From positions 128,001 to 192,000 of the forward strand of contig CAXXKJ010000001.1 in NCBI GenBank assembly GCA_963675295.2: a stretch of 64,000 bases of DNA, written 5' to 3'. The translations under genes and the position numbers were made by a program. This document shows, piece by piece, positions 1-8,970 of this stretch; positions within the stretch are counted from its first letter, which is position 1, and each line of letters opens with the position of its first letter. The notes beneath the pieces were generated by a model that saw only the letters and a program-made list of their open reading frames with translations, did no database searches and had not been told where the DNA came from. This DNA comes from a bacterium (GTDB taxonomy: Bacteria > Electryoneota > Electryoneia > Electryoneales > Electryoneaceae).

Positions 1-304
1 CGAGCGTGAAGTACCGCTGGTAAATCGAAAGCAGCAGCGTCGTCTTGTAGCACGGCACATCGCGCGGGTCGCCGGTCACCTGGTACACCGGACAAGTCAC
101 CGAACAGCGGTTGCACTTGTTCGTCGTGCGGCAGTACGAATCGAGCAGCGGCTTGTAGTCCGTGTGCTCGAGCACCGCCGCGAACGCATCGAGGAAACGT
201 TCCACCCTTCCCCCCGAACCGTTGCCCTCGATGTGGTACGGCAGGCGGGCTTTCAGGTCGATCTCGGCTGACGTAGCCAGGCCGCCGTTCGTTGTTTCAG
301 CCAT
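1..304 (-). CDS. Partial (runs off window) Fe-S binding oxidoreductase, HdrD/DsrK/TmcB-like
   Basis: Manual translation from ATG 304 (GGAG RBS upstream): MAETTNGG...DSYCRTTNKCNRCSVTCPVYQVTGDPRDVPCYK. CxxCxxxCP ferredoxin-type motif. Absent from the ORF track because there is no stop in the window. Confidence 0.7.
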   Translation of the reverse strand, partial: MAETTNGGLATSAEIDLKARLPYHIEGNGSGGRVERFLDAFAAVLEHTDYKPLLDSYCRTTNKCNRCSVTCPVYQVTGDPRDVPCYKTTLLLSIYQRYFTL

Positions 305-345
305 GCAGAACTCCATTGGGTTGCAGTGTTGTCGCTGCCGGTGTC

Positions 346-362
346 AGCAAAGGGCGGGCCGA
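346..362 (-). promoter_or_regulatory. Putative sigma54 -24/-12 promoter of the Fe-S gene
   Basis: Minus strand TCGGCCCGCCCTTTGCT has GG-N10-GC spacing with TTGC, ~40 bp above the start codon; a sigma54 activator gene is nearby. Confidence 0.5.
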
Positions 363-510
363 ACAAGAAGAGGCGGGCAAATCCGGCTGGAAAACGAGGC
401 CGCTGTAACTCGTGTCACCGCTGCGAATTCACCAGCGGGGAGAGGCCGAGGTACCTGCGCCGCACGTGGTACGATTTCGCATTCCTGATTTTCCGTTTTT
501 GCGCGAAAAG

Positions 511-577
511 TGTTGCAGGCGTTGCAGCGAAACGTTGTGTTGCAACGACTCCTGCTACAGCTGCGACACTTGCAACT
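511..577. promoter_or_regulatory. Array of TGTTGCA/TGCAACA-like half sites, putative enhancer (UAS)
   Basis: TGTTGCA 511, CGTTGCA 520, TGTTGCA 538, then inverted TGCTACA 553, TGCGACA 562, TGCAACT 571. The 9-bp phased, roughly symmetric array lies between divergent sigma54-like promoters. Confidence 0.55.
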
Positions 578-718
578 CACGACCCGGGCACCTGACCGGA
601 GACCGTCTTACACACGACGGAAGATTCACGTAACTCCCGTGCCTCAACCGCTCCGCGTGATTTCGTCCTGCTCATTCCGTCATCAAGGGGGGTACCGTTA
701 CGCGACGCTGATCCCTAT

Positions 719-735
719 CCGGCACAACGCTTGCC
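719..735 (+). promoter_or_regulatory. Putative sigma54 -24/-12 promoter
   Basis: CCGGCACAACGCTTGCC matches TGGCAC-N5-TTGC spacing, 30 bp above ATG 765, which has a GGAGG RBS. Confidence 0.7.
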
Positions 736-764
736 GTTTGCTGCGATGAAACCGGAGGCGATCC

Positions 765-1817
765 ATGCGTATTTGTGTACCCCTGTTTGGCGATCGAGTG
801 GCACCGCGTTGCACACACGCGGATAGCGTGCTGCTCTGTACGCTGAAACGCGGACGCATCGTTGAACAGGAACGGATCCGGCGCAGCATCGACAGCCTGC
901 TCGACCTCGAGGATGTTCTCCGCAACCGCAAGGTCGACACGCTGGTCTGTGGCGGCATCAACCAGCATGACCGCTCCACCGTCGATCCACTGCTGGAAGC
1001 GGTGGTGTCGAACGTCGCGGGCACGGTTGAGGACGTATTGCTCGGGGTGTCGTCCGGTCGGATCGGTCTGGACGAGGCGAACGGTGCAACGCCGGAGACA
1101 GCAACGGTTGCAACACCGGCGAAACCGCAGCCCAAGCCCGCAGCTGGGAATCCGTCGATGACCGACTGCCTCACCTGCGACACCATGACGTGCCTCGAGG
1201 GCAAGGGATGTGTGCTGCAGGCGTCCGGCATTCTGCTCGGTGACCGCGACGACCGCATCATGCTCGAGGTCGCGCGCGATTTGAACTGCGAGGACGAACG
1301 ACGCCTCTGCAGGCTGTCCGAGCTGATCTACTTCGGCCTCGAGATGGGCTACCGCACCGTCGGCATCGCCTACTGTAGCGATTTGTACCAGCCGGCGCGG
1401 GTGCTGGCGGGCGTGTTCAAGCGTTTCTTCGAGGTGCATGCCGTCTGTTGCAAGCTGCACGTCCCGAGCAACGGCCACACGTTCAACGCCGACATGCCGG
1501 ACCCGTCCACCCGCTGCAACCCTCTCGCACAGGCTGAATTGCTGAACAAACTGGGCACCGACATGAATGTGATCGTCGGACTCTGCGTTGGCGCGGACTG
1601 CGTCTTCACCCACGCCAGCGACGCTCCGGTGACCACCCTGTTCGCCAAGGATCGCGCGCTCGCGAACAACCCCATCGGCGCGGTCTATTCGGAACGATAT
1701 CTGCGCGAAGCGGCACAAACCCTGGCCGCCCCAAAAACCGATATCCGCAACCACCAGATAAGCGTCGAGCGTGAATCCATGGAACACGCCGGCGACACAG
1801 GAAGGGCAGACTCATGA
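765..1817 (+). CDS. NifB/NifX-family domain fused to DUF1847 Cys-rich metal-binding domain
   Basis: N-terminus ICVPLFGDRVAPRC...VDTLVCGGI; C-terminus GIAYC, VCCK, CNPLAQAELLN, NVIVGLCVGAD, TTLFAKDRALANNP; Pro/Ala linker between them. Confidence 0.8.
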   Translation: MRICVPLFGDRVAPRCTHADSVLLCTLKRGRIVEQERIRRSIDSLLDLEDVLRNRKVDTLVCGGINQHDRSTVDPLLEAVVSNVAGTVEDVLLGVSSGRIGLDEANGATPETATVATPAKPQPKPAAGNPSMTDCLTCDTMTCLEGKGCVLQASGILLGDRDDRIMLEVARDLNCEDERRLCRLSELIYFGLEMGYRTVGIAYCSDLYQPARVLAGVFKRFFEVHAVCCKLHVPSNGHTFNADMPDPSTRCNPLAQAELLNKLGTDMNVIVGLCVGADCVFTHASDAPVTTLFAKDRALANNPIGAVYSERYLREAAQTLAAPKTDIRNHQISVERESMEHAGDTGRADS

Positions 1818-2371
1818 CGATGGTGTCGATGAAGTCCATCGGGCTATGCGCCAACTATTCGGAAGCGGGAGACTGGGCGTTCGACTTCGCCCTCGGGCTC
1901 GCACGCAAGCACAACCTGCAGCTGAACATCTTCCACTTTCTCGCGGACCCGTTCGACCCCTCCGCCGATTCCCCGATGGCGATGCCGAAGGATCAACGGG
2001 ACGCGATGTCGATCGAGATGGAACGCAATCTGCGCTTCTACTACGACGAACGTCTCGGCGATCACCTTAAGGCCGGATTCCGCGTCTGCGAAAGCAATGA
2101 GTGGACCGAGCTGCATCACTGCCTGATGCGCCGTGAATTTGAGCTGCTGGTGCTGCCGTACCCAAAGCGGAACGCCACCTTCGGCGGCAAGCCAATTGAA
2201 GATTTCGCGAAGAATTTCGTGTCGCCGGTGGCACTGGTCGGACCGGACACTCCCGACCAGATCCGGCTGAACAACCAGGCCGGCCTGGCGAACAAAATCG
2301 CCGATTTCGTCGGCGCGCAAGAGATCCTGGCGACGGCGCTTGCGCTGATCATGATGGCAGGCAGCATTTGA
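1814..2371 (+). CDS. Universal stress protein-like protein
   Basis: MKSIGLCANYSEAGDWAFDFALGLARKHNLQLNIFH resembles the Usp N-terminal beta-alpha-beta; ATGA overlap with the upstream gene. Confidence 0.65.
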   Translation: MTMVSMKSIGLCANYSEAGDWAFDFALGLARKHNLQLNIFHFLADPFDPSADSPMAMPKDQRDAMSIEMERNLRFYYDERLGDHLKAGFRVCESNEWTELHHCLMRREFELLVLPYPKRNATFGGKPIEDFAKNFVSPVALVGPDTPDQIRLNNQAGLANKIADFVGAQEILATALALIMMAGSI

Positions 2372-2494
2372 CCTGGATTTCAGATTACAAGGGGAGATCG
2401 GTGCCTTTTCCGGCAATTTCATTCGTACATTTAGGATACACTATCTCCTCCTGATCTTTTGTGACGGAAGTGCCCCCCGAAACACGATGGCGAG

Positions 2495-3802
2495 ATGGAC
2501 GAAAGCCTCAGCAAAATCATTTTCGAAAGCATCCGTGACGGCGTGTTCACGGTCAACAAGCACTGCATCATCACCTCGTTCAACAAGGCTGCCGAAAGCA
2601 TCACCGGCTTCAGCAGCGACGAGGCGATTGGCCGTCATTGTTTCGACGTTTTCCGCACCGAAGTGTGCCACAAGCGCTGCGCGCTGAAGGACACACTGAA
2701 GAGCCAGGAAGCGGTCGAAAATGTGCGCGTCACGATCATCACCAAGGACGGCTGCGAGGTTCCGATCACCGTCTCGACCACCCTGCTGCGCGACCGCAAA
2801 GAAAACGTGATCGGTGCGGTGGAGTTCTTCCAGGACCTGTCCACGATCGAAAACCTGCGCAATCGCGTCCATCATGCCACCACGCTGGACAATATCGTCA
2901 GTGTCAACGCACGCATGCAGGAATTGATCCACCTGCTGCCGGACGTTGCCACCGCCGAATGCAACGTGCTGATCGAAGGCCCGAGCGGGTCCGGCAAGGA
3001 GCTGTTCGCGCAGGCGATCCATTCGCTCAGCCCACGTAAGTACGGATCGTACATCCGCATCAACTGCGGTGCGCTGCCTGCAACGTTGCTCGAATCCGAA
3101 CTGTTCGGCTACGAAAAAGGCGCGTTCACCGACGCCAAGCGCGACAAGCCGGGCATGTTCTGCCTCGCCAACGGCGGCACGCTGCTGCTCGATGAAATCG
3201 GTGAAATGGACGTGCAGCTGCAATCCAAGCTGCTGCGCGTGCTGAACAACGGCGAGTATCGTCCGCTCGGTTCCACCCGCACCATGCGCACCGACGCCCG
3301 CATCATCGCCTCAACCAACATCGACCTGCAGGCAGCCATCGAACGGCGTGAGTTCCGCCAGGATCTCTACTTCCGTCTGAATGTCGTCAACATCCACATT
3401 CCGCCGCTGTCCGACCGTCCCGAGGACATTCCGCTGCTGGTCGACTACTTCATCCGCAAGGTGAAGAAAAAGATCCGCAAGCCGATCGAATCGGTGTCGC
3501 CCGACGTTTTGGCGCAACTGCGGCGCTACGACTTCCCCGGTAACGTTCGCGAACTGGAAAACGCGATCGAACACGCGTTCGTGATGTGCCACGGCAGCGT
3601 GATCCAACCGAACCATCTGCCCGGCCACATCATGAATAACGTCAACGCCGACATCACCCGCCATCCGCACCCGAGGCACGAGAAGGACGAGATCGTCGAA
3701 GCGCTCAGCCGTCACCACGGCAACCGTACCCAGGCCGCACGCGACCTCGGCATGCACCGTACCACGCTGTGGCGCAAGCTCGTCGCCTACCACCTCGACT
3801 GA
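2495..3802 (+). CDS. PAS-domain sigma54-dependent transcriptional activator (AAA+, Fis-type HTH)
   Basis: PAS N-terminus, Walker A GPSGSGKE, ESELFGYEKGAFTDA, LLLDEIGEM, FPGNVREL, C-terminal HTH GNRTQAARDLGMHRTTLWRKL. Confidence 0.95.
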   Translation: MDESLSKIIFESIRDGVFTVNKHCIITSFNKAAESITGFSSDEAIGRHCFDVFRTEVCHKRCALKDTLKSQEAVENVRVTIITKDGCEVPITVSTTLLRDRKENVIGAVEFFQDLSTIENLRNRVHHATTLDNIVSVNARMQELIHLLPDVATAECNVLIEGPSGSGKELFAQAIHSLSPRKYGSYIRINCGALPATLLESELFGYEKGAFTDAKRDKPGMFCLANGGTLLLDEIGEMDVQLQSKLLRVLNNGEYRPLGSTRTMRTDARIIASTNIDLQAAIERREFRQDLYFRLNVVNIHIPPLSDRPEDIPLLVDYFIRKVKKKIRKPIESVSPDVLAQLRRYDFPGNVRELENAIEHAFVMCHGSVIQPNHLPGHIMNNVNADITRHPHPRHEKDEIVEALSRHHGNRTQAARDLGMHRTTLWRKLVAYHLD

Positions 3803-3906
3803 CAACGCTCCAGACAGTAGCAGTCGATGACATCCTGCAACCGCCTGCCATTCGAGGCGGAGACGCCCCGGTCTCTCGAGAAATTCGACTCTCTTCAGCT
3901 GAACCC

Positions 3907-3955
3907 TTGACAAGCACCATCGTTCAGAGTACTTTGTTCGGTGTTCGTACAAAGT
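3907..3955 (+). promoter_or_regulatory. sigma70 promoter overlapped by ROK-type operator 1
   Basis: TTGACA(3907)-N17-TACTTT(3930); palindrome ACTTTGTTCG-GTGTT-CGTACAAAGT at 3931-3955. Confidence 0.85.
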
Positions 3956-4018
3956 GAGCGGAAAGACCTTGCCGGGTTGTCGGCGGACCCCGGCGGGCTT
4001 ACGCTCAACATTTTGTTC

Positions 4019-4043
4019 TCTTTGTACGGGTAACAAACAAAGT
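4019..4043. promoter_or_regulatory. ROK-type operator 2 (auxiliary)
   Basis: TCTTTGTACG-GGTAA-CAAACAAAGT, same 25-bp dyad, 88 bp downstream of operator 1. Confidence 0.75.
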
Positions 4044-4168
4044 GGCGCGGCAACCCGGCGGAGACGTCAACTCAACGGGATCAGATGGTTGCCGGATAAA
4101 CGCAATGATGCAGCCAGGAAAACTTTAGATACGCTGATCAAAGTACGTTTACGAAGGAGAGATGCGTC

Positions 4169-5989
4169 ATGAGTAAGAAATTGGTTTTGACAACATTGTT
4201 GCTCGGTCTGCTCACCGTTTCGGCAATGGCTCAGCCGACAAACCCGGCCCCAACCCCGACGGAACCGGCGAATGAAGTGACCTCGCTGTTCAGCGACGTC
4301 TACACGAACGTTACGGTGGACACCTGGTCCGCGGTCTGGGATGCGGCGGATGTCGAAGATGTTCTGATTCAGGGCAACCCGACCAAGCTGTACACCAACC
4401 TCGTGTTTGCCGGCATCGAATTCACCTCGCAGCCGATCGATGCTTCCACTCACACCACGTTCCACATGGACATCTGGACCCCGGATCCGACCTCGACTCC
4501 GAACGTTTTCAAGATCAAGCTGGTCGACTTCGGTGCCGATGGCCTCTTTGGTGGTGGCGATGACAGCGAACATGAACTCGTGTTTGACGAGTTCACAGAT
4601 CCGCCGTTGGTGACCGGAGAGTGGATTCAGTTTGATATTCCGATGTCCGATTTCGCCGGCCTCGCGAGCAGTGAACACCTCGCGCAGCTGATCATTCAGG
4701 CTGATCCGGGCCCGGACACGGTTTACATGGACAACGTCTACTTCAGCGGCGTTGCCGGAACGCAGGCCGAGCCGACCGAACCGGCTCCGACCCCGACCGA
4801 GCCGGAAGCGGAAGTCATTTCCCTGTTCAGCAACGCGTACACCGATGAACCGGTCGACACCTGGTCTGCGGACTGGGATCAGGCCACGGTGACAGACATT
4901 CAGATCGACGGCAACGAGACCAAGCTGTACACCGGTCTTGTCTTCGCTGGCATCGAGTTCACCTCGCAGGTGATCGACGTGTCCAACATGGAATATTTCC
5001 ACATGGACATCTGGACCCCGGATCCGACATCTTCCCCGGCGATCTTTGAGATCAAGCTGGTTGACTTCGGTGCGGACGGCGTCTGGAGTGGTGGGGACGA
5101 CAGCGAAGCGGCCATCGTCTTCGACGAATTCAGCACCCCGCCGCTGGTGTCGGAACAGTGGATCAGCTTCGACATTCCGATGGCGGATTTCGTTGGCCTG
5201 ACCAACCTGACCAGCATGGCGCAGTTGGTGATCACCAGCACGCCGAACACGGTGTACATCGACAACATCTACTGGCACACCTTCATTAACCCGCCGGCAA
5301 ACTACGTGTTGACGATGGACCCGGTGACCGATCCAGTGATCGTGCCGCAGGGTGGCATGTTCTCGTTCGACATTTCGGTGACTAACAACACACCGAACAC
5401 AGGCAGCGGCAACCTGTGGACCGAAGCCGTGCTGCCGAACGGCAACACCTTCGGCCCGATCATCAACGTGACTGGTCTGACCCTCCCGGCGCAGCAGTCG
5501 TTCTACTTCACCAACCTCGCTCAGGCGATCCCGGCGGTTGCTCCGGCAGGTAACTACATCTACAAGTGCAAGATCGGGTACCCGGGCTTTGTCGTCGCGA
5601 TGGATGGCTTCGCGTTCGAGGTCGTAGCCAGCGCCGGTGGTGACGCCAGCAGCTGGAACGTAAGCGGCACCGAACAGATCGAAAAGGCGATGGATCGCGC
5701 GATGGCGAGCACGGAAGTTCCGACCGAAGCCGCGTTGATGTCGGTCTATCCGAACCCGTTCAACCCGACGACGACCGTTCAGCTGACCCTGCCGAATGTG
5801 GCGAACGTCCAGGTCAACGTGTTCAACAGCCTCGGCCAGCAGGTCGCGACGCTTGCGTCCGGTTCGCTGACCGCGGGCACCCATGCGCTGCAGTTCAACG
5901 GTGCGAACCTCGCCTCCGGGCTGTATTTCGTCCGTGCGACGGTTGACAATCAGCCGCTGGACATGCAGAAGCTGATGCTGCTGAAGTAA
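4169..5989 (+). CDS. T9SS-secreted protein: 2 CBM-like repeats, Ig-like module, CTD
   Basis: Signal peptide; two repeats PAPTP...SLFS.YT...VDTWSA.WD...FHMDIWTPD...IKLVDFGADG...VY.DN.Y; ends YPNPFNP...SGLYF...QKLMLLK. Confidence 0.85.
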   Translation: MSKKLVLTTLLLGLLTVSAMAQPTNPAPTPTEPANEVTSLFSDVYTNVTVDTWSAVWDAADVEDVLIQGNPTKLYTNLVFAGIEFTSQPIDASTHTTFHMDIWTPDPTSTPNVFKIKLVDFGADGLFGGGDDSEHELVFDEFTDPPLVTGEWIQFDIPMSDFAGLASSEHLAQLIIQADPGPDTVYMDNVYFSGVAGTQAEPTEPAPTPTEPEAEVISLFSNAYTDEPVDTWSADWDQATVTDIQIDGNETKLYTGLVFAGIEFTSQVIDVSNMEYFHMDIWTPDPTSSPAIFEIKLVDFGADGVWSGGDDSEAAIVFDEFSTPPLVSEQWISFDIPMADFVGLTNLTSMAQLVITSTPNTVYIDNIYWHTFINPPANYVLTMDPVTDPVIVPQGGMFSFDISVTNNTPNTGSGNLWTEAVLPNGNTFGPIINVTGLTLPAQQSFYFTNLAQAIPAVAPAGNYIYKCKIGYPGFVVAMDGFAFEVVASAGGDASSWNVSGTEQIEKAMDRAMASTEVPTEAALMSVYPNPFNPTTTVQLTLPNVANVQVNVFNSLGQQVATLASGSLTAGTHALQFNGANLASGLYFVRATVDNQPLDMQKLMLLK

Positions 5990-6020
5990 GACCGGAAATG
6001 GTCTGGTACTTGCATACAAT

Positions 6021-6058
6021 CCTGCCGGTCACAATCTGGCCGGCAGGTGTTTCTTTTT
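6021..6058 (+). terminator. Stem-loop with T-rich tail
   Basis: CCTGCCGG...CCGGCAGG followed by TGTTTCTTTTT; same stem as at 7551. Confidence 0.6.
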
Positions 6059-6095
6059 GTACCAACCATTTCGGGACTCAACTGAGGAATTGACG

Positions 6096-7517
6096 ATGAA
6101 CAGGATGTTCCTTTTTGCTTTCCTGATGCTGAGTGTCGCTGTCACGCCGGTGTTCGCACAGCCGTCCGAACCCGCGCCGACACCGACTGAACCCGCAAAC
6201 GAGGTGACGTCGCTGTTCAGCAACGCCTACACTGATCAGCCGGTTGATACGTGGTCGGCGGATTGGGACATGGCGGACGTCGAAGATGTCCAGATTCAGG
6301 GCAATGACACCAAGCTGTACACCAACCTCACGTTCGCGGGGATCGAGTTTACCTCCAATACGTTGGATGTGTCCGACCATTCGCACTTCCACATGGACAT
6401 CTGGACCCCGGATGCGACAGCTTCACCGGCGGTCTTCGCGATCAAACTGGTCGATTTCGGTGCGGACGGCCTCTACGGCGGCGGTGATGACAGCGAATCT
6501 GAGATCCCGTTCAACGAGTTCAGCGATCCGCCGCTAGTCACCGAATCCTGGATCGAATTCGACATTCCGATGTCTGATTTCTCGGCACTGACCAACCTGA
6601 CCAACATGGCGCAGCTGGTCATCTCCGGCGATCCGAACACCGTCTACGTCGACAACATCTACTTCTACGGCACCGGCGGCAGCGTCCTGCCGGAACCGAC
6701 CGTCGCAGCGCCGACTCCGACCGAACCGGCGGACGAAGTCGTCTCGCTGTTCAGCAACGCCTACGACGATGTTACCGTCGACACCTGGTCCGCGGGTTGG
6801 GATAACGCGAACGTGGAAGACGTGCAGATCGCGGGCGACGACGCAAAGAAGTATACCGGCCTCGTCTTCGCCGGCATCGAGTTCACCTCGAACCCGGTGG
6901 ATGCGTCCGACAAAGCCTATTTCCACATGGACATCTGGACGCCGGATGATACCGGCGCCCCCGCCGTGTTCAAGATCAAGCTGGTCGATTTCGGCGCGGA
7001 TGGCCTGTTCGGCGGCGGCGATGACAGCGAATCGGAGCTGACATTCAGCGCGACCAGCGATCCGCCGCTGGTGTCAGAATCCTGGATCAGCTTCCACATC
7101 CCGCTGACCGATTTCGCTGGCCTGACCAACCTGAGCAGTATGGCTCAGCTGGTGATCTCCGGCGACCCGAACACGGTCTACGTGGACAACATCTACTTCA
7201 GCGATTCCTTCATGAGCGTGTCCGAACCGAATGCGGATCCTTCGCGGCCGCTGGAGTTCGCGACGGTGAATGTGTATCCGAACCCGTTCAACCCGGCGAC
7301 GACCGTCGCGTTAACCCTGCCGTACGCGGCAGACGTGCAAGTCGCTGTTTACAACGGGCTCGGCCGTCAGGTCGCGACCCTCGCGCAGGGCCGCTATGCC
7401 GCCGGAACGCACAGCCTCGCGTTTGACGGTTCCACGCTCGCGTCCGGCGTGTACCTCGTCCGGGCGACCGTCGATCAACAGCCGCTGGCGATGCGCAAGA
7501 TGCTGCTGCTGAAGTAA
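6096..7517 (+). CDS. T9SS-secreted protein: 2 CBM-like repeats and CTD (paralog of 4169)
   Basis: Start moved to ATG 6096 (GAGG RBS, signal peptide MNRMFLFAFLMLSVAVTPVFA); same repeats; CTD ending RKMLLLK. Confidence 0.85.
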   Translation: MNRMFLFAFLMLSVAVTPVFAQPSEPAPTPTEPANEVTSLFSNAYTDQPVDTWSADWDMADVEDVQIQGNDTKLYTNLTFAGIEFTSNTLDVSDHSHFHMDIWTPDATASPAVFAIKLVDFGADGLYGGGDDSESEIPFNEFSDPPLVTESWIEFDIPMSDFSALTNLTNMAQLVISGDPNTVYVDNIYFYGTGGSVLPEPTVAAPTPTEPADEVVSLFSNAYDDVTVDTWSAGWDNANVEDVQIAGDDAKKYTGLVFAGIEFTSNPVDASDKAYFHMDIWTPDDTGAPAVFKIKLVDFGADGLFGGGDDSESELTFSATSDPPLVSESWISFHIPLTDFAGLTNLSSMAQLVISGDPNTVYVDNIYFSDSFMSVSEPNADPSRPLEFATVNVYPNPFNPATTVALTLPYAADVQVAVYNGLGRQVATLAQGRYAAGTHSLAFDGSTLASGVYLVRATVDQQPLAMRKMLLLK

Positions 7518-7550
7518 GCACAGCCGGACTGTGATTTCTTGCTGCAATAC

Positions 7551-7590
7551 CCTGCCGGTCCCCACGTGAGACCGGCAGGTTCTGTTTTGT
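7551..7590 (+). terminator. Stem-loop with T-rich tail
   Basis: CCTGCCGGTC...GACCGGCAGG then TTCTGTTTTGT. Confidence 0.6.
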
Positions 7591-7634
7591 ACCTTACCGT
7601 TCCCAGCGTGGGACGATAACCCGGGATCAGACCG

Positions 7635-8738
7635 ATGAACCCCTTGCCGCTGTTTGCCTCGATCATGGTGATTGTTCAACTGGCGGCGATGCTGCTCGCT
7701 GGGGGATGCTTCCAGGCAGACAGTGGCGTCAGTCCGAATGAACCGGCATTACCTGCAGTTGGCGACAGTGTCATCGGCGACCTGAGGCTGCCGCCCGAAG
7801 TCAGCATTACCAGCGCCACTCAGTCCAGCGTTGCGGGGACGGCGGAGAACGTTCACATCGGTCTGCACCGTATCGTGCTGTACGCGAAGACCGACCGCTG
7901 GTATGTGCAGCCGCTGACCACCGATCCATACACACTGATCGACAGCGACGGAACCTGGTCAAACTCGACCAACAGCTGGAACCGGCTGGCCGCCGTACTT
8001 GTCGAGGAGGATTTCGTGCCGGAAGCCGTGCTCACGCTGCATCCGTCCACGGAACCAGGCGTGCTCGTGTGGGACGAGGTGCCCGATTCCTCCGCGCGGA
8101 CGGTGACCTTTGCTGGACGCTCGTGGCACGTGAAAATGGCCGACGAAACACGCGTCGGACCAGGCCCGAACTATTTCTCGGGCAGCGAAAACGCGGTCCA
8201 TGTGGACGGGAACGGCCTGCATCTGCGGACCGAATACCGCGACGGCAACTGGTTCAGCGCGGAGGTGTTCAGCGTGGATCCGGCCGAGTACGGCGAGTAC
8301 ACCTTCGAGCTCAACAGCCGGGTCGACAATCTCGATTACAACCTCATCTTCGCCTGCTTCATCTACCAGGGCGCGAACCAGGAGATCGACTTCGAATTTT
8401 CTCAGTCGCTGATCCCCGCCCCGGACAACGCGCAGTATGTCACCCAGCCGTGGGACTACCCGGGCAACATCGAGCGGTATCAGCTACCCGCCGGGATCAA
8501 CGTGTCCACCCACCAGCTCGACTGGCGTGCGGACGCGCTCACCTTCACCAGCTGGCGCGGCCGGATCGAGGACGAATCCCCCGACAGCCTGCTGCACAAC
8601 TGGACCTATACCGGACCCTACATCCCTTTGCCAGACGGTGAACGCATCCACATCAACCTGTGGTTCATCAACGGCGAAGCGCCCGTCTCAAATGAGCCGG
8701 ACGAAGTCGTCGTCTCCGCCTTCACCTACCAGCCCTGA
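7635..8738 (+). CDS. Lipoprotein with divergent GH16-like domain
   Basis: Lipobox-like LLAGGC; GPGPNYF, YGEYTF, catalytic-type EIDFE (ExDxE), HINLW. Confidence 0.7.
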   Translation: MNPLPLFASIMVIVQLAAMLLAGGCFQADSGVSPNEPALPAVGDSVIGDLRLPPEVSITSATQSSVAGTAENVHIGLHRIVLYAKTDRWYVQPLTTDPYTLIDSDGTWSNSTNSWNRLAAVLVEEDFVPEAVLTLHPSTEPGVLVWDEVPDSSARTVTFAGRSWHVKMADETRVGPGPNYFSGSENAVHVDGNGLHLRTEYRDGNWFSAEVFSVDPAEYGEYTFELNSRVDNLDYNLIFACFIYQGANQEIDFEFSQSLIPAPDNAQYVTQPWDYPGNIERYQLPAGINVSTHQLDWRADALTFTSWRGRIEDESPDSLLHNWTYTGPYIPLPDGERIHINLWFINGEAPVSNEPDEVVVSAFTYQP

Positions 8739-8807
8739 ACAGCTTGACAGCAACGCCGGATGGACTCTCTTAACCCGCGTTTCATCCCACAACCAACGAG
8801 GTTGCAG

Positions 8808-8856
8808 TTGACTTTCCGGGTGGAATGGGTTACTTTGTTCGTTAAGCGAACAAAGT
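8808..8856 (+). promoter_or_regulatory. sigma70 promoter overlapped by ROK-type operator 3
   Basis: TTGACT(8808)-N17-TACTTT(8831); perfect dyad ACTTTGTTCG-TTAAG-CGAACAAAGT at 8832-8856. Confidence 0.9.
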
Positions 8857-8970
8857 TGAATCCGGGCCAATCCGCCACTACCGGTGGAAACTGCTGCGGA
8901 CAGGTCTTCAGGCAGCGCTCATGCCGTACAGACAAGAGCACGCCTTCAGGACAGGGTGTTGGAGGACAGC

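Noticed and set aside
511-577. CRISPR-like repeats
   Set aside because: Units are 7 bp with no spacers and no cas genes; an enhancer interpretation fits better. No CRISPR array was seen anywhere in the window.
765-1817. Evidence of nitrogen fixation from the NifB/NifX domain
   Set aside because: No nifHDK or nifEN in the window; this domain is widespread in non-diazotrophic anaerobes.
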